Of a stretch of 64,000 nt of DNA, positions 12,316 through 27,300 are shown in pieces. Each line of letters opens with the position of its first letter. The first letter of the stretch is position 1. Both the position numbers and the translations under genes were made by a program. The stretch comes from Mobula hypostoma (taxonomy: Eukaryota): NCBI RefSeq assembly GCF_963921235.1, contig NC_086101.1, positions 8,620,001 through 8,684,000 of the forward strand, read 5' to 3'. The notes under the pieces are model-generated. The model saw nothing but the letters and a program-made list of their open reading frames with translations. It was not told the origin of the DNA and did no database searches.

Positions 12316-15300
12316 AAGAGCAGAAATAGAAAGGTGGAGTGCAGGGCAGAGAGAGGGAAGGTGAGGACAGAGTGAACGGATGCAGCTATTAAAGGAGAGA
12401 GTGCTTGAGAGTGCAGGAGCAGAGAGAGAGGGAGGAAACAGACAGCCAGTCTATTTGAATAAACAGATGAAATGGGAGGTGGAGGAAACGAAACAGTAGG
12501 GTGGGCAGGAGGTGAAAGAAGAGAGTTGTCCTGTGTTCCAATTTGGACCGCAGGATGATGGAGGGGGCACTGGATGAAAGTGAAAGCTCAGGAGGGTGAA
12601 ACAGGGAGAATAAGCACAGAGGAGTTTGCAGAGAAACTGATAGAGGTGACAGGAGGAGAGAAGAAGTGATTTCATTAGCAAGTGGGGGTGAGTGGGTGTG
12701 TTGGAAATCAACTGGTCGAAAGGATGGGGGAGAGAGAAAGCCTCCCCGTAGTGAGCCATGTCCTGGGGGGTTGGGAGTAGAATAAAGCCTAATCCCAGAA
12801 TATCAATCAGGTCTATTATCACTGACATATGTTGTGAAGTTTGTTGTTTTGTCACAGCAGAACGGTACAAGATGTGAAAAAAACAATAAATTTCCATAAG
12901 AAATATAAAATATATTCAGTAGTGCAAGAAGAGAGAAAATCGTTCATGAGCTCATGGACCATTCAGAAGTCTGATGGTGAAGGGGACGAAGCTGTTCCTA
13001 AACTGTTGTATGAATATTTTAAAGCTCCTGTAACTCCTCCCTGATGATAGTGAAGATGACAGGACATGTCCCGGATGGTGAGGATGTTTAATGGTGAATG
13101 CCTCCTTTTGAAGGTGTCCTGCATGCTGGGGAGGCTAGTGGCCGTGATGCAGCTGGCTGAATTTTCAACTTCCTGCAACTTTTTCCAATCCTGTGAAGTA
13201 ACCACAAGATGATGCAGTCAGTCTCTACGGATATCCTGGCATGGTGGAGGCTGCTTATGCAGTATCACGGCCTGTCATGGACTTACAGGAGTGTGTATGT
13301 GTGTTGGGAGAGGGGAATGAGGCTCATTTTACTGTGGTTGTTTGTGTTGCTCGATGTGATCTGTTTTATTGTGGTCTGCGTTGTGTTGTTCTGCTGAACA
13401 ATGTGGACATGCTATGTTGGCACAGAACATACGGGCTGCCCCCCCAGCACATCCTTGGGTTGCGTTTAGAGTCACAGAGAAGTAAGCGCAGAAACAGGCT
13501 CATCTTGTGTTCTGTCGCTGAGCAGCAGTGAACCATCTGAGTGGCCTGTCAGAGTTCTCTTTGGGAACTAGTTGATCTGATCTGCATTTCTGATCTGGCT
13601 ATTGTTCATGATTGCACTTAATAAAAAAAAAATCTAGTCCATGCTGTAAAAACATTTAAACTGTCTACGCCCATTGACCTGCACTGGGGTCATAGCGCTC
13701 CATATCCCTACTGTCCATGCATCTATCCGAACCTTTCTTAAAAGTTGTAAACAAGCTCACATGGACCACTTATTCTGGCAGCTGATTCCACACTCTCATG
13801 CCCCTCTGAGTGAAGAAGTTTCACCCCATGTTCCCCTTAAACTTTTCACCCTTCACACTTAACGTATGACCTCTGGTTGTAATCCTACCCAACCTCAGTG
13901 GAAAAAGCCTGTTTGCATTTCCCTATCTATACCCCTCATAAATTTTATATACCTTTATTAAATAGGATGTGGAAGCATTGGAAATGGTACAGAGGAGATT
14001 TACCAGGACGCTGCCTGGTTTAGAAAGTATGCATTATGATCAGAGATTAAGGAAGCTAGGGCTTTACTCTTTGGAGAGAAGGAGGATGAGAGGAGACATG
14101 ATAGAGGTGTACAAGATAATAAGAGGAACAGATAGAGTGGATAGCCAGCGCCTCTTCCCCAGGGCACCACTGCTCAATACAAGAGGACATGGCTTTAAAC
14201 TAAGGGGTGGGAAGTTCAAAGGGGATATTAGAGGAAGGTTTTTTACTCAGAGAGTGGTTGGTGCGTGGAATGCACTGCCTGAGTCAGTGGTGAAGGCAGA
14301 TACACTAGTGAAGTTTAAGAGACTACTAGACAGGTATATGGAGGAATCTAAGGTGGGGGCTTATATGGGAGGCAGGGTTTGAGGGTCGGCACAACATTGT
14401 GGGCTGAAGGGCCTGTACTGTGCTGTACTATTCTATGTTCTATGTTCATCACTATCTTCTACATTCTAAAGAATACAATCCTAACCTATTCAATCTTTTC
14501 TTATAACTCAGGCCCTCCAGTCCCAGCGAGATCCTTGCAAATTTTCTCTGTACTCTTTCAACCCTATTTACATCTTTCCTGTAGGTAGGTGATCAAAACT
14601 GCACATAAATTAGGCCTCACTGTCTTGCATAACGTCAAAATAACATCCCATCTCCTGTACTCAATCCATTGATTTATGAAGGGCAATGTGCCTGTGTCTC
14701 CTTTACGACCCTATATGCCTGTGGCACCACTTTCAATGAATTATGTACCTGTATTTCACTGTATGTTTCCAAGTGCATGTGATAAATCAATCTGAAAGTT
14801 AGCTTTTTGCTGCAACAACACGACAGAACATAAATCATACTTTTCTTACACAACAAAAAATAACAACAGTACTGAGGGAGGGGAGAGGAGTATAGAGTCT
14901 GAGCATAAGGTGTTTGGTGGAGGTGGGAGAGGAGAGGATGGAGGAAGAAGCTAGGAGGTGATAGGTGGAAGAGGTGGTGGGCTGAAGAAGCAGGGGTGCA
15001 GTGCTAGCCGGAGCACGTCCGGCTCATCTTTAAGAAAAAAAGCCGAAATAAACAAGCTAATTAATTAGGTGCTGCCCAGGGTGATTTGAGTATTTCAGAA
15101 ACTGCTGATCTTCTGGGATTTTTACGCACAACAGACTCTGGAGTTTACAAAGAATGGTGCCAAAAACAAAAAAAATCATCCAGCGAGTGGCTGTTCTGTG
15201 AGCGAAAACATCTTGTTAAATCCACTGGCTGGATTTTTTTTGTTTTTGGCACCATTCTTTGTAAACTCCAGAGTCTGTTGTGTGTAAAAATCCCAGGAGA

Positions 15301-18300
15301 TCAGCCGTTTCTGAGATACTCAAATCACCCTGGGCGGCACCTAATTAATTAGCTTGCTTATTTCAGCTTTTTTCTTAAGGATGTGCCAGACACGCTCCAG
15401 TGCGCTCCAGCTAGCATTGCATCCCTGTGAAGAAGGAATCTAATTGGAGAGGAGAGTGGATAATGGGAGAAAGGGAAGAAGGAGGGGAGGTTAAAGGCAG
15501 ATGAGAGGGGAACCAGAGTGATGAATTGAAAAAGAAAGGAGAATGGGAGAAATTGCCGAAGATAGAGAAATCGATATCTGTGCCATCAGGTTTAAGGCTA
15601 CCCAGGCAGAGTATGAGGTGTTGCTCCCGCAGCTGCCTGTGGCTTCATTCTGGCTTTGGAGGAGGCTGTGGACAGACACGTCAGAATGGGAAGTTGAACT
15701 TCACCTACTACCTGCCAGCCTGTACTCCTTTCTCTCCCACTACCTTCTTATTCAGACCTCTTCCCCCTTCATTTCCAGTCCTGATGAAGGGTCTTGGCCC
15801 GAAATATAGTGACTGCTTATTCCCCTCCATAGGTGCTGCCTGACCTGCTAGGTTCCTCCAACATTTTGAGTGTGTGTTGCTCAAGACTTCCAGCATCTGC
15901 AGAATCCCTTGAGTTTATGAGAAAATCTGGCAGTGTTTCTTCACATCTAGACTGTGTTCCCCGGGACACAAGGAAAGACCATTTCCCCTTTGCATGTGGG
16001 CTACTCGGCCTCCTGATAACCTCCCCCAACACAAACCCTTGGATCTGAGACCAATCTGACAATGGTGCAGAAATCCTTGCCGTGACTCCTTCAACCTAAC
16101 AACCTTTAGACCAGGGGCAAAACAACCTGGGGTCTATGGACCCCATGGATAATGGCAGGGTGTGTGGCATAAAAAAGGTTGGGAACCCCTGCCTTAGACC
16201 ATCACTGTGCAAAGAGTCAGAGAACACTTTGGCACTTTTCCCGTCTAGTCCACCTAAGCTCATCACTCCCACTGGGTATGGGCGGTGGACAACAGCTCGC
16301 CAGAGTTCCCTGTCCTGGGCCAGCCTTTCAAGTTGTCCCCAGGTGTTTCCTTCCTCTCCTGGGGGTAAGGTCTCTGAAGCTTTGTTTGGCATTTCTGGAG
16401 CACGCCAAATGCTCAAGCCCCATGCTCAACCCTCCCCCTTTCGCAAGCGGGCTTGGGACCATCCAGAGCAGAGTTCATCTAGTCCATTGCTGAACTATGA
16501 ATCTGCCTAGTCCCATTGAGCTGCTACTGAAATCACACTGTTTTGTTAATGGAACAGTTACAGAGCTGTGCCTCCTTGTAATTTGGATATGATTAACCGG
16601 TAAGCACAGAAGGTGAGGGAATTCCCCAAAGTGAGGTAATGGTTTAGTTATTGCACACAGGGAGTCTTGACAGCCTGACACTGTGTTATTTCAGTAATCA
16701 AGAGTGCTTCAGTGCACTCTCCTCACCTCTCCACGCAACCCCAGTGGCACATGGTCATCCACGCGACCTCTCCCTGTGCTTGCGGTGGCAGGCCTGGCCC
16801 CCTCTGCAAGGGTGGACGGGGAGTGGGGAGTCAAGTCAAAGGACCAAACTCACAGCAATCAGCCCAGTTTAATTTAATGTATAACCCCCCTCCCCACCAG
16901 TCTCTGTCTGTCTCCCTCTCTCCTTTAAATCTCTATTATTACACCTTCCACTCTGTACCCCTCTCCCCTATTTCCTTATTTTTCTCACCCTTGCCCTCTC
17001 TTTTCATCTCTCCCCCTCCTTATCTCTGTCAAAGCTCCTCACTCTTACTTTCTCTCTTCCCTTTTCTGGATCGACTGGGCTTATCCTCACCGGAATTTAG
17101 AAGATTGAGGGGGGATCTTATTGAGACGTATAAAATTCTAAAGGGATTGGACAGGCTAGATGCAGGAAGGTTGTTCCTGATGTAAGGGAAGTCCAGAATG
17201 AGGGGTCACAGTTTGAGGATAAAGCGGAAGCCTTTTAGGACCGAGATGAGGAAAAACTTCTTCGCACAGAGAGTGGTGAATCTGTGGAATTCTCTGCCAC
17301 AGGAAACAGTTGAGGCCAGTTCATTGGCTATATTTAAGAGGGAGTTAGATATGGCCCTTGTGGCTAAGGGGATCAGTGGGTATGGAGAGAAGGCAGGTAC
17401 AGGGATCTGAGTTGGATGATCAGCCATGATCATACTGAATGGTGGTGCAGGCTCGAAGGGCCAAATGGCCTACTCCTGCATCTATTTTCTTTGTTTCTAG
17501 GTCTCTCCCACCTCTCTCCCCCTTCCTCACTCAATTCTTTTTCCTCCTCCCTTTTTCTTCCCTTTTCCTTCCCTTTTCTCCTCCTTTCTTTATGTCTTGT
17601 CTCTGTCACTCTCAGGGATCACATATCCTTCACTCTGAACTCTCACAGACACAAGTCTTCCCTGCCCAGCCTTTCCCCAGAAGACAACTCACCCATTTCA
17701 GCTGTGAACTAAGTAATGAACCAAGCTCCATGCCAATGCCCTCTATAACTGAAGTTCAACTTCCTTTCTTTTTTGTTCAAATTCCTCACAATAACATGAG
17801 CTGCAGACAAAGGGGAACCAGCAATTTTGCTTTGAGGATTTCCAGAAGGTATTGGTTTATTATTATTGCATACACCAAGATACAGTGGGAAGGTTTTCAC
17901 CACTCATTCTACCTTTGCTGCCATTCGCAGTACAGAATCGGTATAGGTAAGTTGTGAAGAAGCATAAGAAAGCTATGGGGGATAGTGATAGGTTAGTGAG
18001 AGGGCAAATAGAGTACAGTGCAGGAGATGGTTAAACTCTTCATTCTGAAAAGAAAAATATGAAAAATAAAGTAATCTACAAAGGGGAGGACTTGGACATT
18101 AAATTCTAGATAAGTAAGCCGTTCTAAGGACGAGTCTCCGCATGAAATATCGACTGTTTATTTCCCACCATAGGTGCTGTCTGACTTGTCGAATTCTTCC
18201 ATATTTTGTGCAGTTTGCTGAGGATTTCCAGCATCTGCAGAATTTCTTGTGTTAGCGAAAAGCTTTTGTTTGCATGCCATACAGGCAGCTCATTCTGTAC

Positions 18301-21300
18301 GTAACACATTGAGAGAGTACAGACAGAAAACAGTAGATGAGAATCACGGACCGGCACATTAGCATAGCAATTATAATAAATGATAAAGGCATCCGTTAGT
18401 CTTGTGAGACCGTGGATCTGCACCTGGAAAGTCTTCACTCTCCAGGGCACAGGCCTGGGCAAGGTTGTATGGAAGACCAGCAGTTGCCCATGCTGCAAGT
18501 CTCCCCTCTCCACGACACTGATATTGTCCAAGGGAAGGGTATTAGGACCCATACAGCTTGGCACCAGTGTCGTCGCAGAGCAATGTGTGGTTAAGTGTCT
18601 TGCTCAAGGACACAACACGCTGCCTTGGCTGGGGCTCGAACTCATGACCTTCAGATCGCTAGTCCAATGCCTTAACCAGTTGGCCACGTGCCCACTCTAT
18701 AGCAATTAATATATCGCTATTACTGCACCAGAGACCCAGCTTCGATTCTGCCGCTGTTTGTGAGCAATTTGTTCACTTTCCCCATGACTGCGTGCTTTCC
18801 TCCGGGTGCTCCGGTTTCCTCCCACATTCGAAAGGTGTGAGTCAGTCGGTTAAATGGTCACATGGTGTAATTGGGTGGTATGGGCTCATTGGGGCAGAAG
18901 AACCTGTTAAGGTGCTGTATCTCTTTTTTGAAAAATAAGTCTTTTATTAGATTAGATGTATTTATTAGTCACATGTACATCAAAACATAGTGAAATATGT
19001 TGATTGTGTTAACAAGCAACACCGATCTGATGAAACTTGGGGGCGGGGCATAGTGAGCAGCCCGTAAGTAGCGTTACAGTTATAGAGAAAGTACAGTGTG
19101 GGAAGACAACAAACATTCAAGGGCCATGACGAGGCACACTGGGAGATCAAATAGTCGTCTGTAGTGTATGAAAGGTCTGTCCAAGAGTTTAGTAACAGCA
19201 GGGAAGAAGGTGTCCTTGAGTCTGGTGGGACGTGCCTTGTATCTTCTACCTGATGGGAGTGGGGGAGCAGTGAATGTCCGGAGTGGGTTGGGGTCTTTGA
19301 TTATAGAACATAAAAGGTAGAACAGTGCAGCACACGAACAGACCCTTCAGCCCACAATGCTGTACTGGACCAAACAACTTAGTAATCGAATGGATAAGCA
19401 AACTACTCTCTCCTGCTTGTCGTCGCTCCATATTCTACCATTTTCCTCACATTCATGTGCCTCTGTAAGCATCTCTTAAAAGTCTCTAATGTTTCGGTCT
19501 CTGTCACCACCTCAGGCAGCACGTTCCAAGCACTCTGTTTTTTAAAAACAACTTGTTCCTCACACCCCCTTTGAAATGACCCCCTCTCACCTTAAACACA
19601 TACCCTCCAGAATTAGCCATTTCAATCCAGGGGGAAAGATATTGACTGTCTGTTCCATCTACGCCTCTTATGAACCTCTATCAAATCTCCCCTCAGCCTC
19701 TGCCACTTCAAATAGAACAACCCAAGTTTATCCAACTTCTCGTTATAGCACGTGCCCTCTCATCCAACCAACATCCAGGTAAACCTCCTCTGCACCATCT
19801 CCAAAGCCTCAGCATTCTTCTTATAGTGGGGTGACCAGAACTGTATGCAATACTCCAGATGGGGCCTAGCTAGAGTTTGAAAAGCTCTAACATAGCTTCC
19901 TGACCTTTGAACTCAAAGCTTTGACTAATAAATGCAAGCCACCTGTGTGCCTTGTTAACTACCCTATCATGAGGAATGAGAAATTAGACAAAGGCGATGG
20001 AGGCCTGATTACTCTGGATGTTTTGCGCCAAAGGGCCTTTTCCCTGCCCTGTGACTCTTTGACTCTACCGCTAACAGTTTCAATAGCTTTATCAGCATCT
20101 TTTATATAAATTATGAAACCTGTCCTCAGCACAGACACCCCGTTAGATCTTGCCAAGCAAAGAAAGGCCTGCTTACGCCTGCTTCCAGCTACTCTACAAG
20201 CTGAACTCGAGCTACATCAGAAGATCACCTCCCACACCATCAGGTTTTCTGTTTCACAATATCCCTTGATGTGGCAACCTTATCAAAAGCCTCATGGAAA
20301 TCTAAACCTTGTGATTCTTTGAACACACATTTTCAAAGAACAATAAACTGGCCAAACGCATTTACGATGTGTCCCGGCGCATCCGCGGATGGGCTGGGAC
20401 ACGTTATCAGTGTTTTGGTTGTTGAACATCAGACACTCTCACCCAAGTGACCGAACCAGGGTTGATCAGGCCTTGGCTTGCGGCTTAATAGGTCCCACCT
20501 CTTGATCCATATCCATCTAGAGTCTCACTCAGCACCCTCTGATGGTCCTGATGGCTCTTTTCTTTGCAGGTCTTGTAATGTCAAGGAGAGAGTAGGTTCT
20601 GTACAATGAGCAGCCATCAAAATCTCGACAACTCACCTCGCATCGTGCCCTCCTCCCCTGTCCCTGGCACTGCTCTACCAGCTCCTGGTATTTGGGTTTC
20701 TTACATTCACACACCACCTCAATTCGGTCTTTCCAAGCCACTGTCAGTTCCACCATGGCCATCTGCTTTGAAACCTCTGAGAGAATGACCATGTCAGCCC
20801 TCAGGGATGATGAAGCGATGAAGTTTGGGAACTTCAATTGCTTGCCAAGTTTAACTTTCGGTTGCCACTCAGACAGTGTGGTGAGCAAGCCTGCTGCGAA
20901 TCTGAGCTGAGGCTGTGGTCTCCAGCTTTGATAAAGGCTATGGACTCTCTATCGTGAATGGCTGAGGGGATATCCCTTCCACAAAACAATGTTGACATGC
21001 CCAGTCACCATAAGTTTCATTTAGTGCCCTGCGATAAGGGTTTAAATAAATATGGATTTGTCCTAGGTTAAACATGCACTTTGGACGAAGAAATGGAAGT
21101 GTTGACTATTTTCTAAATGGAGAGAAAATATAAAAACAAAATGAGCTCAAGGGGATTTGGGAGTCCTTGTGCAGGATTCCCTAAAGGTTTATTTGCAGGT
21201 TGAGTCAGTGGTGAGGAGGGCAAATGCAATGTTAGCATTCATTTCAAAAGGACGAGAATATAAAAGCAAGAATATAATGTTCAGACTTTAGAAAGTGCTG

Positions 21301-24300
21301 GTGAGGCCTCACTTGGAGTATTGTGAGCAGTTTTTGGCCCTTTATCTTGGCAAAGATGTGCTGCAATTAAAGACGTTTCAAAGGAGGTTCACAAAAATGA
21401 TTCCGGGATTACGCAGCTTGTCATATGAGGAGTCTTTAGCTCTGGGCCTGTATTCACTGGAATCCAGAAGAATGAGGGGTGACTTAATTGAAACCTATCG
21501 AATGGTAAAAGGCCTTGATTGACTGGATGTAGAGAAGATGTTTCCTATGGTGGGAGTGTCTAAGACCAGAGGACACAGCCTCAGAATAGAGGGACGTCCT
21601 TTTAGATTGGAGATGAGGAGGAATTTCTTTAGCCAGAGAGTGGTGAATCTGTAGAATTCAGGCAGCTGTGGAGGCCAGGTGTTTACGCATCTTTAAGGCA
21701 GATAGATTCTTGATTAGTCAGGGCATGAAGGGATATGGAGGAAAGGCAGGAGATTGGGGCTGAGAGGAAAAATGGATCGGCCATGCTGAAATGGCAGACC
21801 AGACTCGATGGACCAAGTGGCCTGGTTCTGTTCATAGATGTTATGAACTTATGGTCTCATGGTCTTATAATGTTAAGGTGACTGTACAAAAGTACAGGGG
21901 TGATGTGAGAGGTAAGTGTTTTACAGAGAGTGGTGAGAGAGGCAGTTACGTTAGGGACGCTTAAGAAGTTGCTAGACAGCACATGGATGAGAGAAAAATT
22001 GGGGGCTTTGTAGGGGGAATGGGTTAGATTAATCTTAGAGTAGGTTAAAAGTTCAGCACAGTGTTTTTAATGGCTTAAAATTATTTCTTGAAGGTTTGTG
22101 TTAAGATAACCGTTTCATGCTTTCTGTTTCCTTTTTTTCATAAAAAAAGAAACGTTATTTTCCTCTCCAGTGGAATCTTCCCCAGACTTGGGGAGTTTTG
22201 GAAAATTAAACCCAAAAGAACTATCTCACTAGGATGCTCCTGTCCCGTGTTCTATAGTGCAGGGAGTTTCCAGCTCAGTGAGAGCTAAGATTACAAAGAG
22301 GTCCCATCTGTGGTTTTGTCTCTGAGACACGGAGAACATACAACAGGCAATACACCCCAGTAGTTTGGGTCGGCACAGTAGCATAGAGGTTAGCGTAATG
22401 CTATTGCAGCCCCACCGACACGGGTTCAAGTCCTGTCGCTGTCCTTGAAGAGTTTGTCGGCTCTCTCCGTGACCACACGGGTTTTCATTGGAGGTGCATG
22501 GAGGGATATGGTCCGTGTGCAGGTCAGTGGGACTAGGCAGAAAATGGTTCAGCACAGCCAAGAAGGGCCAAAAGGCCTGTTTCTGTGCTGTAGTTTCTAT
22601 GGTTCTATGGTTCTCTCGATGCTCCAGGCACTTTGTTGGTGCAGAAAGCATGATGCTACTTTCCGGTTGCCTAATCTTTGGACTGTGTTGGTTGTTGACA
22701 CAAATGACACATTTCACTGTATGCTTCGATCTTCTGATGTACATGTGACAAATGAGGCTAATCTTTAACAACAGTAAGCTACTGGAAAAAAATGTGGCTT
22801 AACATAATTATGGTTAATACTTCCTCCTTATCCATCAATAAAGATTACTGTTTGGCAGAGAACAATGCTGAAGAAACTCCTCAGAGGAATTGAGCAATGT
22901 GCAGTTGTGTGGGTCAGAGTCGCAGAAGTAGTTGTTTCACTTTGTGAATGGAATTCCCTGGCTGAGGCACGTTACCAACATCTGCATGCTGGTGTAGCAG
23001 TTAGCATAGTGCTCCTACAACATCAGCCACTTGGGTCAATTCCCACTGCTGTCTGTAAGGAGATTATACATTCTCCCTGTCACTGCGTGGGTTTCCTCCG
23101 TGTGCTCTGATTTCCTCCCACATTCCAAAGATGTACTAGTAGGTTAATTGATCACATGGGTGTAATTGGGCAGTGCAGGCTTATTGGGCTGGAAGGGCCT
23201 GTTACCGTGCTGCCATCATCATTATGTGCCGTGTCGCATGAATTGGGCGATCATGGTCTTACCATGATCAAGACGGTTCTTGGCAATTTTTTCTACGTTA
23301 GTCATTTGCCAATGCCTTCTGGGCAGTTTCTCTACAAGACTGGTGAACCCAGCCATTCTCAGTACTATTCAGAGATTGTTTGCCTGGCATCAGTGGTTGC
23401 ATAACCAGGACTTGTGATCTGCACCGGCTGCTCATTCGACCATCCACCACCTGCTCCCATCGCTTCACATGACCTTGATCGGGGGAGAGGCACTAAGCAC
23501 ATGCTACAGCTTGCCCAAAGGTGACCTGCGGGCTAGCAGAGGGAAGGAGCACCTTACACCTCCCTTGTTAGAGATATATCTCCACCCTGCCACCTGTATC
23601 TCTCCATCCCTGGATATTCATGTGTCTACTGAACAGCCTCTTTAACTCCACTATTGTATCTGCTTCCAACACATTCCTGGCCGTGTGTTCTGGGAGCCCT
23701 CACTCTCTGCCATGCACATCTCCTTTACACTTCCCCCTCTCACCTTAAATGTGCGTCCTCTAAATTTTTAATGTTTCTGCTCCAGGGGAAAAGATTCTGA
23801 ATGTCTACTTCATCTCCGCCACCAAAATTTTATAGACTTCTGTCAGGTTTCCCCTCAGCTTTTGAAACTCCAGAGAAACAACCCAGGTTTCCAGGTTTGT
23901 CTATCCTCTCCATGCTCTTTAATCCAGGCAGAACCTTGCTAAAATTCTCTCCAAAGCCGACGCATTCTTCCTGTAATGGGGCAACCAGAACTGTACACAG
24001 TACTTCAAGTGCGGCTTAACCAAGGTTGCAAAGTGACTCCTGACTCTTCCACTCAGTGCCCGACCAGTGGAGGAAAGCATGCCTTTGCCTCCAAGACCCC
24101 GGGATCCCTCTGTACATCAAAGCTCTTTCAGAGGCAGCAAAAAGAGTAGACAGAGTCCATGGAGGCTAGTTCCTGTGCTGTGAAGAGCAGTGTCAGCTGC
24201 TCTCTGCGGTCACATGCAGAGAAGTTGCCACACCAAGCCGTTATGCATTCAGACAGAATGGTGCATCAATAGAAATTGGTTAGGGTCGATGGGAATATGC

Positions 24301-27300
24301 AGTATTTCTTAATGCTGCTGAGGGAGTTTTGTTGTTGTTTCTAATGGCAGCGGTTTTTCTCTTCACACTTCAAATAGATTTTTGTCAGCTCATGTCCGCA
24401 TCAAAGGTCTGCAGCAAAGCCATCTCAGATCTTGGTGAGAGGCCATGTTTGGCCAGGCAGAGGATGTTCCTGGGTTTGGGCACCACAGCGGCAAGCTGGG
24501 TTCGTCGGGCGCCCCCTCGGTGTAGTGTTTGCGCTGTTTTAGCATGTCCACTTCTGAGTCTATTTGCAGCTGTCCAGTTTTTTTTCTGGTAGCTGTAGCA
24601 AAGCCCGGTAGGAGCGAGGTGGGGTCGTCGAGCAGATCTCTGCTGGGGGAGGTGGGGGCGTGTTGGTGTGCCAGTATTGGTGCCGTTTAATGTGTTCCTC
24701 ATAGGACTCGAGGTTTTTCAAGCTGTAGAAAGGTTTTCGGGATTTGCAAGTAAGAGAACTTTAAAACCAATTTTAAAAGATAAAGGAAGCCAACACAAAA
24801 TAGTTAGGATGGAAGTGATATGTTCCCTCAAGGTGGGATACAAGGTTCAAGTTTATTGCAGGGTGAGAATAGCCACCTCACTTTCTAAGGTCCAACAGAG
24901 GCAAGTACCTTGGGTAGATGCTGTTACCCAGAGACACAAGGGTGGTGACTGTCCACTTCCCTCCACAGATGTTCCCCGACCTGCTGAGTTCCTCCAACAC
25001 CTTTGAGTGTAGATGTTGATTCCTGGGACTTGGGAAGGGCGGTGGGGGTTGCGCGATGGGAAGAGGTGGCAGCTTCTCTGGATACATGTTATTATTTGTT
25101 AATTTATTTGTGGTGATATTACTTTGTGTTGAGTGTGAGTATGTACTGTGTTGTGCGCCTTGGTCTGGAGGAAAGTTGTTACGTTTGGCAGTGTAGATGT
25201 ACACAGTTGAATGACAATGAACTTGAACTTGAGGCCAATTGGCCCCAGACTTGCAGAAAGAATGAGGCCTCTGTGTGGTGCTCAGGACTCTGAGAGACGG
25301 GTGGATGCTGACCACTGCTGGCTCAGACTGAGGGAGCCGGTATCTGGTGACAGGACAACTTCCCAGGAAGGGAGAACAATTTGGGTCTCGATTTTGGGAG
25401 TGTCTGAGTGAACCTTGACAGCGATGCACAATTATTAGTGCAAAGATTGCTCTCAGGATATGTCAGCCCTATTCCAGTGGAGGTTCCTGCAGAGTCTGTC
25501 AGTGGACCCCATCCGCTGGTAAAGGGGCATGTTCAAAGTCACATTTGTTATCAGAGTGCTTATAGGTTACCATATACAGTACTACCTTGAGATTCATTTT
25601 CTTGCAGGCATTTACAGTAAAATAAAATGTGATAGAAGTTACAAAGATCTATACACCAACAAAGACTGGCAAACAACCAATGTTCAAAAGAAGACAAGTT
25701 GTACACACAACAAAAATAATAATAATACTGAGAATGAGAGTGGTAGAATCTTTGACAGTGCATCTGTAGGTCACACAGTCAGTTGCGCTGAGTGAAGCTA
25801 TCCATGCTGGTTCAAGAGCCTGATGGGTATAGGGTAATAAATGTTCCTGGACCTGGTGGTGTGGGACCTACCATTTCTGTACCCCTGCCCGATGCTGGTG
25901 ATGAGAGGAGAGCATGGCCCGGATGGTGGGGGTCCTTGATGATGGACACTACTTACTTGTGGCAGTGCTGCTTGTAGATGTGTTCAGTAGTGGGGAGGAC
26001 TCCGCCTGTGATGGGCTGGGCTGTGTCTACTACTTTCTGTAGCCTTCTCTGTTAGTTTCAATTGTACTGGCCAGCGTGCTGGGAGTTCCTGAGTGCCAGA
26101 TAAAACTATATTCCATTTCTGATAAAAAATCCACTCAAAATTGGCAGCATGTCTCTACGTTCAACTGAAACTTGTGTGGGAGTGCAAGGAACTTCACAAG
26201 GGAATGTACATCAAGCATTTATACTTGCTGTCTCTGATTAAGATCCTCGGCAGTCTCGGGGTTTCCCCTGCATGACTGACTGTTGGAGGGACATTTCCTT
26301 TGGACGAGCCCCTTCCATCTGAATCACTGGCCAGCTCCCAGTGTTCAGCCTGGCCTCCAAACTGAAATGAGACAGGTTTTGATGCAGGTTTGAGCTTTGC
26401 AAGGCTTGGGTTTCTTTATTTATTTTGTGATACAGCGTGGAACAGGCGGCTCTGGCTCTGCGAGCCATGATGCTCCAAAACCCCAATTCAAGCTAATCTA
26501 ATCACAGGACTATTTACAATGACCAGTTAACCTACCGACCGTGGGAGGAAACTGCAGCACCTGGGAAATCCCGTGCATTCCGTGGGGAGGACATACAGAG
26601 CCTCCTTACAGAACAGCGCCGGAATCAAACTCCGAGCTGCCCCAAGCTGTAACAGCTATGTGCTAACTGCTATTACTGTGGTGCCCCTTTTCAATTCCCT
26701 CCATTTCACATGGAGGTGTTGCTGCAGAGGCACGCAGTAGTACAGCACAGAAAGGGGCTCTTCAATCCCCCCGCCGACCATCAATACCAGGTTCCTCACA
26801 TTTATCGCCGTTAGAATCAGGTTTATTGTCACTGACGTATGTTGTGAAGTGTGTAGTTTTGTGGCAGTGGTGCAGTGCAGAAATAACAAATTACTATAAG
26901 TTACAGTGGAAAAAAAATTGAGTTGAAAAGAGGAACAGAGAGGTCGTGTTAATGGGGTTGTATCCCATTCAGAAGTTTGAGAGCAGAGGGGAAGAAGCTG
27001 TTCCTAAAATGCTGAGTACGGCTCTTCACCCTCCAGTACTTCCTTTCCCCTGATGTGAAGAAAGCACATCCCAGATGGTGAGGGTCCTGACGATGGCTGC
27101 CACGTCCATGGGGCACTGCCATTGGGAAGATGCACTCAGTGGTGGAGAGGGTGTAGCCCTAATGAATTTGGCTGAGTGTACAACTCTCTGAAGCCTCTTA
27201 AAGTCCTGTGCATTGGTGTCTCCATCCCAGATGGTGATGCAACCAGCCAGAATGATCTCCACGGTAAATTGCAAGAGTCTTTAGTGACATACAATATCTC

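Noticed and set aside
18490..18580. Twister- or HDV-like ribozyme in the SINE (GGGUCCUAA...GAGAGGGG on the minus strand)
   Set aside because: The region is clearly able to fold, but I could not place the cleavage-site motif or all required helices. It needs a covariance-model search.
18630..18692. tRNA gene
   Set aside because: The A and B boxes are the head of a SINE. There is no complete cloverleaf.
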